From Eubacteriales bacterium (GTDB lineage: Bacteria > Bacillota > Clostridia > Oscillospirales > CAG-382), in the NCBI GenBank assembly GCA_045537905.1, contig JAZSQJ010000053.1, forward strand, positions 36,295 to 100,294: a stretch of 64,000 nucleotides of DNA, written 5' to 3'. Shown here in pieces: positions 15,596 to 23,934 of the stretch. Positions within the stretch are counted from its first letter, which is position 1, and each line of letters starts with the position of its first letter. The position numbers and the translations under genes are program-made. Under the pieces are notes generated by a model, which was not told the DNA's origin, did no database searches, and saw only the letters and a list, made by a program, of their open reading frames with translations.

Positions 15596-18212
15596 AAAAC
15601 TGCTAAGCTATTTACTTATATTTGCGTCACTTGTGGGTATGGCGTCCTGCTCGGGCAGTCCTTGGGAGGAGGGTCAGATTGGTGACGGCACGGGGGTAAT
15701 GGCAACGACTGCCCAGCGTGACAGCTTTGAGTACGAGGACGAATATACGGCACAGCACCTGGAGTTTATCGGGGGCGAGACCTACGAAAAAATATGTAAA
15801 GACGGCGGCGGACTGGCGGCAGACGTTGCCAAAAACTACGAGGATGCCAAGCTTAACTACGTAAACGGCACCTGGAAGGTAATCTCCCAGGCAAGCGCCT
15901 TTATGGATAAGGGCAAGCTGGAGCTTGAAAACGAGTACGAGGTTCTTGTAACCGAGCTTATGCAAAACACCTCTGCGGAGGAAAGCTTTACCGGCAGCTT
16001 CCAAAACAGCTATTACACCGCTATAGTCAGTATGCTAAGCGGTATCAAGTCTCAGCTTGACGATGCAAAAAAGGCGGCAAACATTTTCACGGGTGCCGAT
16101 ATAGAAAAAGCAGAAAAGCTTGCCGCCAAGCTGGACGAAACAATCAAAAAGCTGGAAAAGCTGGAGGGTGTTTCCGATGAGGAGGCAACAGGGCTTTTCG
16201 GCGATGCGGTTAAACAGGTAAAGACCTCCTTTGAGGAGGACTTTATAAAGGGCAACGAAAAGTTTTTGGATGGGGTAAAGGGCTTCCTCGGCAAGGCGGC
16301 AGACGTAAGCGGCTTTGTTTCTGATAAAGCCTCTGCCCTTATTGACGAGTACGTTATGTATCAGGCGATGTCTTCCTCCAGCAAGGAGTGGGAGCGTATC
16401 TGGACTGATATATCCTCAGGTGCAAAAGCATCCGCTATGTCAAGCTCGGACAAAAAGCTTAAGGAGTCCTACGAGAAGATAGCGGTTTGTATAGACAAGA
16501 TACTTGTAAAAACCGCCGCCTATCAGTCAAGCAACGCCGCAGGTATATTCCTCAGCGTTGCCGATGAGGGGCTTGAGACCGTGGCAGACCTTAGTGTTTC
16601 TGCGGCTAAGGAGCTTTGGGACGGTATGATGAAAAGCTGGCCTGTAGGCAAGGCAGTGCGTGAGGGGCTTGTAAAGGGCGTAAGCCTTGCAAATATGCTT
16701 GTAAACTGTGACGATATAGCCTACTACGGTCAGATGCTTATAGGCTACGGCAGACTGGGCGAGTGTGCCTATAAAACGATGTCGTCAGCGGCAAGTGCCC
16801 TTAAAAGCCAAAAGAATTACAGCAGTGCGCTGCTGTTTGACAAGGCGTTTAATATCTATAAAAGCATACAAATGTCTGCGGCGGACTGTACTATAAACTA
16901 CTGTATGGCAATAGTAAAAAATCCCGTAGGCTATATATTTAAGTACACCACCGATGACGAAATTGCCGAAACTTTTATAATACAGGTATATAAGGCGGAC
17001 TGGATGCCTATCCGTTGTCACGGCGTACAAAACGTAATCAACAACGGCGGTAACGTGGTAGGCTACGGCGGCAACGTGTACTATTTTAAGCTTAGCGCAA
17101 GCACCCTTGACGAAACGGGCACCTACGGCAACTTTACCGTGGACAACAACGTAAAAAACAGCCTTATCTGCCGTAAACCCTCGGGGGAGGAAAGCGTTAT
17201 CACCCAAACCAACGCTACGGGCAGAATATATATCTGTGCCGACAGACTGTATTACAGAAAGCAGGACTTTGATTGGTACAGCGTAGGCTTTGACGGCAAG
17301 GACGAAAGGGTAGCAACTACAGGCAGTATAATAGGCGCAGTTGACAGCCGGGGTATGCTTATCGTACAAACTGAGGGTAACGATATATACGCTACCGATT
17401 TCAGCGGCAACCAGATAAACCTGTTACCCAAGGACTACAAGGGTATTACCGAAAAGCATGAATGCTACTATAACTACACCTCTGACGATAAGGGCTATAC
17501 CTTCTATCGCTACAATTTTGCCACCAATCAAAACGAGCTGCTGTGCAGTGCGTCTGTGCCTCAGGGAGACGGGTCCTGGCGTAGCCTTGATGAGATTTGT
17601 GTCAGCGACGAGGGGATATACTTCCTCGTAGGCTATTACGCAGGTACGGGTCAGTTTTTCCAGGAAGGTCGGATATACTTCCTGTCCTTCGAGACCAATA
17701 AGGTAAACCTTTTGGTTGACGAGGATATAAGCTATTCCGAAATGTATCTGGCAAACGAGGACGGCAAAAAATACCTGTATTATTACAACACAGGCGGAGT
17801 TTTGGGCGTAGGACTGTTTACAGGCTGTATGGAAAGCCAGGTAAGACGTCTTGACCTTACAACGGGCGAGACCGTTACGGTAAGCTTTCCCTTATGCGGA
17901 GAGGGCGTTCCCTTTATAAACGGCACAAGCCTGCAGATATTGCAGGGAGGTAAAAACTCGCCTACTACCATAATCAACGACACTATGCTTAAGGCGATGG
18001 GCTACACCGCATCTCTTGGCTTTGCCGAGGACGGCAGTGCAGTTTACCACGAGTGGGTGGAGCAAATAGACGGCACCTACTACGTAAGCCTTATGCAGGT
18101 GGTCGAGGATGAAGGAACCACTCTCGGCTGGCGACAGGGCTACCGCAGAATAACGACTAAGCTCTTCAGCATCTCCGAGGATGGGGAAGTAACACTTATA
18201 AATTCTTTTTAA
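15588..18212 (+). CDS. Large lipoprotein: helical N-terminal half plus beta-propeller-like (DUF5050-like) C-terminal half
   Basis: ATG overlaps the upstream stop by 8 nt. Lipobox-like LVGMASC. Residues about 50-450 are Ala/Lys/Glu-rich and helical. The C-terminal half has repeated YY..g..iY..d..G strands (LYYRKQDFDWYSVGFDGKDE, IYATDFSGNQINLL). Confidence 0.6.
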   Translation: MLKKLLSYLLIFASLVGMASCSGSPWEEGQIGDGTGVMATTAQRDSFEYEDEYTAQHLEFIGGETYEKICKDGGGLAADVAKNYEDAKLNYVNGTWKVISQASAFMDKGKLELENEYEVLVTELMQNTSAEESFTGSFQNSYYTAIVSMLSGIKSQLDDAKKAANIFTGADIEKAEKLAAKLDETIKKLEKLEGVSDEEATGLFGDAVKQVKTSFEEDFIKGNEKFLDGVKGFLGKAADVSGFVSDKASALIDEYVMYQAMSSSSKEWERIWTDISSGAKASAMSSSDKKLKESYEKIAVCIDKILVKTAAYQSSNAAGIFLSVADEGLETVADLSVSAAKELWDGMMKSWPVGKAVREGLVKGVSLANMLVNCDDIAYYGQMLIGYGRLGECAYKTMSSAASALKSQKNYSSALLFDKAFNIYKSIQMSAADCTINYCMAIVKNPVGYIFKYTTDDEIAETFIIQVYKADWMPIRCHGVQNVINNGGNVVGYGGNVYYFKLSASTLDETGTYGNFTVDNNVKNSLICRKPSGEESVITQTNATGRIYICADRLYYRKQDFDWYSVGFDGKDERVATTGSIIGAVDSRGMLIVQTEGNDIYATDFSGNQINLLPKDYKGITEKHECYYNYTSDDKGYTFYRYNFATNQNELLCSASVPQGDGSWRSLDEICVSDEGIYFLVGYYAGTGQFFQEGRIYFLSFETNKVNLLVDEDISYSEMYLANEDGKKYLYYYNTGGVLGVGLFTGCMESQVRRLDLTTGETVTVSFPLCGEGVPFINGTSLQILQGGKNSPTTIINDTMLKAMGYTASLGFAEDGSAVYHEWVEQIDGTYYVSLMQVVEDEGTTLGWRQGYRRITTKLFSISEDGEVTLINSF

Positions 18213-18227
18213 TCCTAAAAATAATAT

Positions 18228-18260
18228 GCCCCGAAGAATGAAGTCTTCTTCGGGGCGTTT
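18228..18260. terminator. Terminator hairpin between convergent genes
   Basis: GCCCCGAAGAA-7 nt-TTCTTCGGGGC is a perfect 11-bp stem; the flanking T/A runs are weak. Confidence 0.7.
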
Positions 18261-18271
18261 ATAGTTGGGTT

Positions 18272-18517
18272 TTACTTAGAAAGCTTACCTATCTCCTTAG
18301 CGCATTCGTTACAAATCAATGCACCGCCAAAGCTGATAGAATGTTCCTTGCCGCAAAAAGTGCAGGAGCCGGAAAACTTACGCAACACAATAGCGTCTTC
18401 GTTTACGGAAAGTATAACCTCGTCCTTTATCTCCAAGCCAAGCATCTCTCTGAAAGGCTTAGGCAAAACTATACGTCCCGTTTCGTCTATCTGTCTTATA
18501 ATCTGTTTTCTCATCAA
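18272..18517 (-). CDS. AbrB/MazE/SpoVT-type DNA-binding protein with C-terminal CxxC...CxxC zinc ribbon
   Basis: IDETGRIVLPKPFREMLGLEIKDEVILSVNEDAIVLRKF is a swapped-hairpin AbrB-type N-domain. It is followed by CTFCGKEHSISFGGALICNEC. RBS AAGGAGGA. Confidence 0.8.
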   Translation of the reverse strand: MMRKQIIRQIDETGRIVLPKPFREMLGLEIKDEVILSVNEDAIVLRKFSGSCTFCGKEHSISFGGALICNECAKEIGKLSK

Positions 18518-18539
18518 TATTCCTCCTTAGCTTGTTTCT

Positions 18540-18590
18540 TTGCCAAAATATTACCACATTTGCCAAAAAATGTCAATACCTATATTGCCA
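18540..18590. promoter_or_regulatory. Three TGGCAA (plus-strand TTGCCA) repeats flanking or overlapping the promoter; candidate operator
   Basis: TTGCCA at 18540-18545, 18560-18565 and 18585-18590. The first two sit in an identical 10-mer TTTGCCAAAA. Their positions are just downstream of the -10, inside the spacer, and upstream of the -35. Confidence 0.4.
18548..18576 (-). promoter_or_regulatory. Sigma-A type promoter of the AbrB-like gene
   Basis: Minus strand reads TTGACA (18576-18571), 17-nt spacer, TGgTAATAT (-10 at 18553-18548). Confidence 0.75.
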
Positions 18591-18608
18591 TTTTTTGTAA
18601 ATTAACTG

Positions 18609-19400
18609 TTAAATATGCCTGCAAATGTCATAAACTCTGTCAAAAACCAGGTCCGGAGCGTTTTCGGCGTTAATATCTTTCGCCTTGGTTTCGCCGCTGA
18701 GAACCAACAGGGAAAGCATACCGCTGTTTTTGCCAAGGGCAATATCGGTATAAAGCCTGTCGCCGATACAGGCGCTGTCGCGGGCACAAATACCCGTAAT
18801 ACGTTCAATAGCCTCTGCCGTTTCAGCGTAAGGCTTGCCCAGATATTTAGGGCTTTTGCCTGTGGCAGCACTTATCATTGCGGCAATTGCACCGCTATCG
18901 GGCAGCCATCCGCCTCCCTGCAGGGGGCAGTTAAGATCCGGGTGGGTGCTCAGATAAACAGCTCCGCCGTGGAGTGCATCGCAGGCAAGGTTAACCTTCT
19001 CGTAGGTAAGCTCAGTATCAAAGCTGGACACAACGACGTCGGCGTTTTTGTCGTAAACAAGCTTTATCCCCGCCTTAAGCATCTCTGCTTCCAGCGCCTT
19101 TGTGCCGACCAAAAACACCCGCTTGCCCTTATAATAGGTGTTAAGATAGCTTATAGTCACGTCCCCTGCGGTAACAACCTCACACTCACCAAACCCAAGC
19201 CTCAAAAGCTTTTCCTTATAGAAATCTGCTGTGCGGGAGGCGTTGTTGGTAAAAAACAACAGCCTCTTATCCTTTTCCTTAAGGTGTCTGACAAAATCCC
19301 GGGCGCCCTCTATAGGAGTATCACCTAAATATATGGTACCGTCCATATCGCAAACAAACAGCTTTGTTTCCTTAAGCCTTGCCAGTGCTGTTTCCTTCAA
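18609..19400 (-). CDS. HAD-superfamily subfamily IIA hydrolase (NagD-like sugar phosphatase)
   Basis: TTG start with GAGGTG RBS. Motif I is FVCDMDGTIY. FFTNNASR and a GD...D motif near the C-terminus are also present. Confidence 0.8.
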   Translation of the reverse strand: MKETALARLKETKLFVCDMDGTIYLGDTPIEGARDFVRHLKEKDKRLLFFTNNASRTADFYKEKLLRLGFGECEVVTAGDVTISYLNTYYKGKRVFLVGTKALEAEMLKAGIKLVYDKNADVVVSSFDTELTYEKVNLACDALHGGAVYLSTHPDLNCPLQGGGWLPDSGAIAAMISAATGKSPKYLGKPYAETAEAIERITGICARDSACIGDRLYTDIALGKNSGMLSLLVLSGETKAKDINAENAPDLVFDRVYDICRHI

Positions 19401-19521
19401 AGTAAATCACCTCACCGCTATTGTAGTACAAACAAGAACAATTTGCAATATAAAGTTTTTATTGCAATTATTAGTTAAATGCTGTATAATTTAAGCGAAT
19501 AGCAGGGAGGAGGTTCGTCCT

Positions 19522-20550
19522 ATGATACGCACGGAGGGTGTAAGGCTTACAAAAAAGGATAAACAGCGTATGCGCTTGGATGCAGAACGCCCTATAAGAG
19601 TAATAGAAAACCTTGATTTCAGCAGGATATACGAGGGGGTTCCCGTTGAGGTAATCGAGGGGTATACTATTACGGATAGTGACACCTCGGAGTGTTTTGC
19701 GGTGTTCAAAATTCAAAACACGGGTGAAAAGGATATAAAGGCGTTGGATGTACGCCTGCTTTTGTACGAGGGTACTGCAAATATCCCCACCAAGCGTCTG
19801 GACTTTACCTATACAGCCGCCGACCACAAATGGGGCAGGCGTAGCTTTGAGGGCGACGGGGAACCAAGCCTTTTGCAAAAGCTTGGTATTAAGGATATAG
19901 TTCTTCCTGCCAACATCCGCCACGGTGAAAGCTTTGGCGAGGGCGTTTTTATCCCTATCCCAAAAAACTATTGCCGTAAGCTGGAGTTTGAGATACGCAC
20001 TATCCATTTTGCTGACAACAGCTCTATGACCGTAAACATAATAAGCGGCAAAAAGTATACCTTCTTCCGTGAGCTGGACGAGGATATGCGCTACGCCTAC
20101 AGGAAGATGAACGTTTTTGCCAGAGCAGAGGAGGAGCATCCCATCAAGCTTATACCTCAGGCAACGGACAAGGTATGGCTGTGCTGCTGCGGCAGAAAAA
20201 ACCTTGTAAGTGCCCCTACCTGTGCCGACTGCGGCAGGGAAAAGGATTGGCAGCTTCAGAATATAACGGAAAAGTCTTTGGAAAGAGAGCTGGACGGTAT
20301 CCGTGCCTCCGGCGACCCCGAGTTTATCCACCGTCACCGTGTACAGGCAGGTAAACAGCTTGTTATTGAAAGCGACGAGGAGCGTAAGAAGAAGGCAAAG
20401 GCCTTTGAAGAAACTCTGGAAAAGCTGGCAGAGCAGGAGCGTATAAAACGCCACAACCAAAAGATGATACTGCCCAAAATACTGCTGTGGGTAGCCAGCA
20501 TCTACGGACTTATTTACCTGTTCCAAAGCTTTCTTGACAGCCAGATGTAA
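19522..20550 (+). CDS. Hypothetical tail-anchored protein with internal zinc ribbon
   Basis: RBS GGGAGGAGG lies about 10 nt upstream. CCCGRKNLVSAPTCADCG is a zinc-ribbon motif, followed by a coiled Lys/Glu-rich segment and a single C-terminal TM (ILPKILLWVASIYGLIYLF). Confidence 0.65.
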   Translation: MIRTEGVRLTKKDKQRMRLDAERPIRVIENLDFSRIYEGVPVEVIEGYTITDSDTSECFAVFKIQNTGEKDIKALDVRLLLYEGTANIPTKRLDFTYTAADHKWGRRSFEGDGEPSLLQKLGIKDIVLPANIRHGESFGEGVFIPIPKNYCRKLEFEIRTIHFADNSSMTVNIISGKKYTFFRELDEDMRYAYRKMNVFARAEEEHPIKLIPQATDKVWLCCCGRKNLVSAPTCADCGREKDWQLQNITEKSLERELDGIRASGDPEFIHRHRVQAGKQLVIESDEERKKKAKAFEETLEKLAEQERIKRHNQKMILPKILLWVASIYGLIYLFQSFLDSQM

Positions 20551-20638
20551 AAAAGTTTTTAGTTTTTCATAGGAAAATCCCTTTTTCAGTTGTATAAAGG
20601 ACAGATGTAGGCAATGCATCAATAAGGAGGTGCGAAAA

Positions 20639-22378
20639 ATGAAAAGACTGTTTACTATATTAGTGGCACTTGTTATGTGCCTTGGCACGTTTTCCGTATC
20701 AGCATCGGAGGAGACGCCGTGGAACGCCGAAAACAGTATACTTGTAACCGTAAGCACGGCTACCGATAAGGAGTTTTTGGAGACAGACTTTCCTGAGGTT
20801 GACTGTAAAGAGGTAACCGTGGCAAGCAAAAAGACAGAAAACGGCGCCTTTATCTATCAGCTTATACTGGAAGTAGGCGCAAGCAAAAGTCTTAAACAGT
20901 ATATTGAGGCGGTAAAAGAAAATCCTGTAGTAACAGAGGCGGAAAGAAACAGCTATTGTTATCTGCAGCCCATACTTACCCTTGACAAGCAAAGCATTAC
21001 CTTATTTGTAGGGGAAACGGCTGAAGTAAACATCGAAAGCTTTGAGACCTATAACCCCAGCTTTCTTTACCACGGCGTTGTATTCAGCGTAGACCCTGCG
21101 GCTTTTGACATCGGTGCACAAAACTTTGGTATTGACGTTTATCCTTTGATAAGAGAGCCCGAATACTATGGCGATATTTGTGACGAGCTGTACGAAGGAA
21201 TCGATAACGGTATCCTTGGCGAAAAGCTTGGTACAAGTCCTATAAACAAATATTTTGCCTACGTAAGCGAAAGAGGACTAAGCGGCAATGAATGCGACAC
21301 GGTTATTTATGAGGTAAACGCCATCCTCGGTATCGACGGTGTCCTTACGGCAGAGCCCTGCGGTAACGCCGTTCCCGGTGCAATGATGCCCGTGGAGCAG
21401 TGGTCTGTAGCAGATACAAGCATTGCAGGCTTAATCCTTACCGGCGGGGAAGTGATAGAAACCATAACAGGCGGCAAGGTAGACCAAACCGCCCGTATAA
21501 CAGGCTTGTCCAAGGGTACAACCACCCTTACCCTTTATAAAAGGGACTATGCGCAGGATGCCACTGTAAGCTGCGATATCACCGTAGTTGAAGGCGGCGA
21601 CGCCAACGGCGACGGCAAAACGGACAACCTTGATGCTTCTATGGTATTGAAATACGATGCAGCCATAATCGAGCTTGATGCAGAGGCTCTTGAGAGATGC
21701 GATGTAAACAGCGACGGTGCTGTTAATAACCTTGACGCTACCGTTATCCTTAAGTACGATGCGGGTATAATCGGCAACTTACCCGATAACGGATCAAGTA
21801 ACTATGCCTTGGGTAAAACCTATATCCTTGTAAAGGACGGTAGCCTGACAAACCCCAACAGTCTTTACCTTGATTATGCCACGGGGGACGATAAGTGGTC
21901 AGACCTAAGCCTTACAAAAATGACCGACGGTATCGTTGGCGATATTACCCTGCCGGAGTACAGCGGCTCTCGTTGCGGTTTTCCCGATACTACCGTAATG
22001 CTTGTAGGCACTAACAATATTTTCGAGTATATCATTGACCTTGAGGCGTATCGCAACGATATAAAGTCTTTGGTTTTCCGCCATGTTCGTAACAGTATTC
22101 CCGGCGGAGGCAACCGTGGCTTTAGGCTTCGTCTTGCTTATGTGTCCGATGACTGCGTTAATTGGAACAGACTATCCTACGATTTAACCAAAACCGAGGT
22201 CGAGGGTGCCCCCGAGATAATGAGCAACCTTGACGGAAATATTCGCAATGTGGAGCATTTTGATTATACCTATACTCTCAGTGATGCCGCAAGCGGCAGG
22301 TATATAAGACTTCTTATCACGTCTGACGGCGGTTATGTTACCCAGCTTGAGGAGATTGAAGTTTATGGTGTTCAGTAA
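20639..22378 (+). CDS. Secreted protein: unknown N-domain, Ig-like (Big_2-like) domain, internal dockerin, C-terminal F5/8 type C (discoidin)-like domain
   Basis: Start set at ATG 20639 (AAGGAGG 8 nt upstream). A signal peptide is present. Dockerin GDANGDGKTDNLDASMVLKYDAAII...DVNSDGAVNNLDATVILKYDAGII is encoded at about 21594-21777. The C-terminus ...GRYIRLLITSDGGYVTQLEEIEVYGVQ is typical of discoidin domains. Confidence 0.75.
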   Translation: MKRLFTILVALVMCLGTFSVSASEETPWNAENSILVTVSTATDKEFLETDFPEVDCKEVTVASKKTENGAFIYQLILEVGASKSLKQYIEAVKENPVVTEAERNSYCYLQPILTLDKQSITLFVGETAEVNIESFETYNPSFLYHGVVFSVDPAAFDIGAQNFGIDVYPLIREPEYYGDICDELYEGIDNGILGEKLGTSPINKYFAYVSERGLSGNECDTVIYEVNAILGIDGVLTAEPCGNAVPGAMMPVEQWSVADTSIAGLILTGGEVIETITGGKVDQTARITGLSKGTTTLTLYKRDYAQDATVSCDITVVEGGDANGDGKTDNLDASMVLKYDAAIIELDAEALERCDVNSDGAVNNLDATVILKYDAGIIGNLPDNGSSNYALGKTYILVKDGSLTNPNSLYLDYATGDDKWSDLSLTKMTDGIVGDITLPEYSGSRCGFPDTTVMLVGTNNIFEYIIDLEAYRNDIKSLVFRHVRNSIPGGGNRGFRLRLAYVSDDCVNWNRLSYDLTKTEVEGAPEIMSNLDGNIRNVEHFDYTYTLSDAASGRYIRLLITSDGGYVTQLEEIEVYGVQ

Positions 22379-22387
22379 AAATAATTA

Positions 22388-22426
22388 AAACAGGGGCGAC
22401 GCATTTTCGGCGTCGCCCTGTTTTTT
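22388..22426 (+). terminator. Rho-independent terminator
   Basis: AAACAGGGGCGACGC-loop-GGCGTCGCCCTGTTT followed by TTTTTT. Confidence 0.9.
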
Positions 22427-22470
22427 ATCACCAAAAATGTAAATTTTTTATAAGCCAACGGGTTTTTTTC

Positions 22471-22499
22471 TTGAAAAAGCTTTTCGCATCCTGTATAAT
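22471..22499 (+). promoter_or_regulatory. Sigma-A type promoter of 22536..23675
   Basis: TTGAAA (22471-22476), 17-nt spacer, TATAAT (22494-22499). Confidence 0.7.
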
Positions 22500-22535
22500 G
22501 TAGGCGTAAACAAACACCAAAAGGAGGACTTAGTA

Positions 22536-23675
22536 ATGAAAAGACTGCTTGCGTGCTTTATAGCGCTTATAATGACGGCTTGTTCCTTTTCCGTAGCCGC
22601 TGATGACGGCGTTTCCTGGAACGGGCAGAACAGCATACTTGTAACCGTAAGCACCGCTACCGACAAGGTTTTTACTCCCGAGGATTTTCCCGAGTTGGAC
22701 TGTGTGGCAGTAACGGTAGCGAGCAAATGGGTGGAGACCGACGGATTTAGCTATGAGCTGATACTTCAGCTTGACAACGCAGAGGGCAACCTTAAGGACG
22801 AGATGGATAAGGCGCTAAAAAACGCAAACGTAACTGCGGTAAGAAGAAATCTGTACGATTATCTGGACCCCGTTCTGATTCTTGACAAAAGCTCTGTCAC
22901 CATCCGCGTGGGTGAGTCTGCCGATGTTAATATCGACTATTTCAACACCTACAACAGCGGTCATTTTTATTACGGAGTTATCTTTTCTATTGACGAAAGC
23001 GTGGATATCAGCGCTGCAAACACCGATACCTTTGGCTTTGATTTCCGTCCCATAAACGGCGTAACCGACGTGCATAACCTCTACGACGCTTTGTATAACG
23101 AGTATTATGAGGGTGACCTGGTTGGCGAAACGTTTGAGGAAAGCACCATCAACAGGTACTACGTTTCCGTAGAGCAATACGGTATCGGCGGTGAGGATGC
23201 TTATAAGATTATAGAGGCGGTTAACAACGTGCTGTCCAAGGACGGTGTTATTGCCGCAGAGCCCTTCAGCATAGAGTATCCCTGTGCAAGGATGCCCAGC
23301 GAGCAGTGGACTGTTGCCGACAACATTATCTCCCTCAGCCTTTCCGGCGGTAATCCCGTGGGCATACCCGAAAACCTTATAGGACAGACCGCTACCGTAA
23401 CAGGGGTGTATACGGGCATAACCACTCTTGATCTTTCCTGTAACGATAACAGCCAGGGCGCCGCGGCAAGCTGTGTTGTGACCGTAATCAACAGCGGCGA
23501 CGCCAACTCCGACGGTAAGCTTAACAATATGGATGCTACCGAGGTGTTAAAGTACGATGCTGGCATAAAGGATATGTCTGCCGAAACCCTTGAAAAATGC
23601 GATATGAATAACGACGGCTACGTAAACAACCTGGATGCAACGGTGATGCTGAAATACGACGCAGGTTTGCTTTAA
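22536..23675 (+). CDS. Secreted paralogue of 20639..22378 ending in a dockerin (no discoidin domain)
   Basis: The N-terminus ...WNGQNSILVTVSTATDKVFTPEDFPELDCVAVTVASK aligns by eye with ...WNAENSILVTVSTATDKEFLETDFPEVDCKEVTVASK of the upstream gene. C-terminus GDANSDGKLNNMDATEVLKYDAGI...DMNNDGYVNNLDATVMLKYDAGLL. Confidence 0.8.
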   Translation: MKRLLACFIALIMTACSFSVAADDGVSWNGQNSILVTVSTATDKVFTPEDFPELDCVAVTVASKWVETDGFSYELILQLDNAEGNLKDEMDKALKNANVTAVRRNLYDYLDPVLILDKSSVTIRVGESADVNIDYFNTYNSGHFYYGVIFSIDESVDISAANTDTFGFDFRPINGVTDVHNLYDALYNEYYEGDLVGETFEESTINRYYVSVEQYGIGGEDAYKIIEAVNNVLSKDGVIAAEPFSIEYPCARMPSEQWTVADNIISLSLSGGNPVGIPENLIGQTATVTGVYTGITTLDLSCNDNSQGAAASCVVTVINSGDANSDGKLNNMDATEVLKYDAGIKDMSAETLEKCDMNNDGYVNNLDATVMLKYDAGLL

Positions 23676-23687
23676 GTGGGGGTTAAG

Positions 23688-23737
23688 GGCGTTATTTCCG
23701 TCCGTGCTGAGGCGTAACGGAAGGCGTCCTTCACGGT
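23688..23737 (+). repeat. GC-rich intergenic module M2 (related copies at 31437..31544)
   Basis: GGCGTTATTTCCGTCCGTGCTGAGGCGT (23688-23715) plus GGCGTCCTTCACGGT (23723-23737). Compare GGCGTTGCCGTCTGTGCTGTGGCGT and GGCGTCCTCGACGGT in the 31.4-kb region. Confidence 0.7.
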
Positions 23738-23788
23738 TTGGCGCCTTGCTGCGTAAGACTTCCGATGACAAACTAAAAGGAAAACAAA

Positions 23789-23821
23789 AGGGCGTAACGC
23801 TTTTGATTAGCGTTACGCCCT
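23789..23821. repeat. 33-nt hairpin H, copy 1
   Basis: AGGGCGTAACGC-TTTTGATTA-GCGTTACGCCCT is identical to 24046..24078. On the minus strand it is followed by TTTTGTTTTCCTTTT, which looks like a terminator. Confidence 0.9.
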
Positions 23822-23880
23822 CAGACCGCTGACAAAGGCACAGAGCACGAAAAAGAATAAAATATACTCATTCTAAAGTG

Positions 23881-23911
23881 GAAAATTCAGGGAAATTTTC
23901 CCTGAATTTTC
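23881..23911. repeat. 31-nt perfect palindrome (module M3)
   Basis: GAAAATTCAGGGAAA-T-TTTCCCTGAATTTTC. A half-site AAAATTCCAGGG recurs at 31579-31590. Confidence 0.9.
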
Positions 23912-23934
23912 TGCATTATATTTGTTTTTTCGTT

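Noticed and set aside
19471-20829. 452-aa minus-strand ORF spanning 19522..20550 and the start of 20639..22378
   Set aside because: It is the codon-aligned antisense frame of the plus-strand gene. It runs straight through an intergenic region and the RBS of the next gene. It has no RBS of its own and reads as Leu/Phe/Ser/Val-rich with no motif. The plus-strand gene has a strong RBS and a zinc-ribbon motif.
7821-23675. The surface-protein block as a mobile genomic island or prophage
   Set aside because: The block has no integrase, transposase, recombinase, phage structural gene or flanking direct repeats. The only tRNA (980-1056) is 7 kb away with housekeeping-type genes between. Codon usage looks the same as in the flanking core genes by eye.
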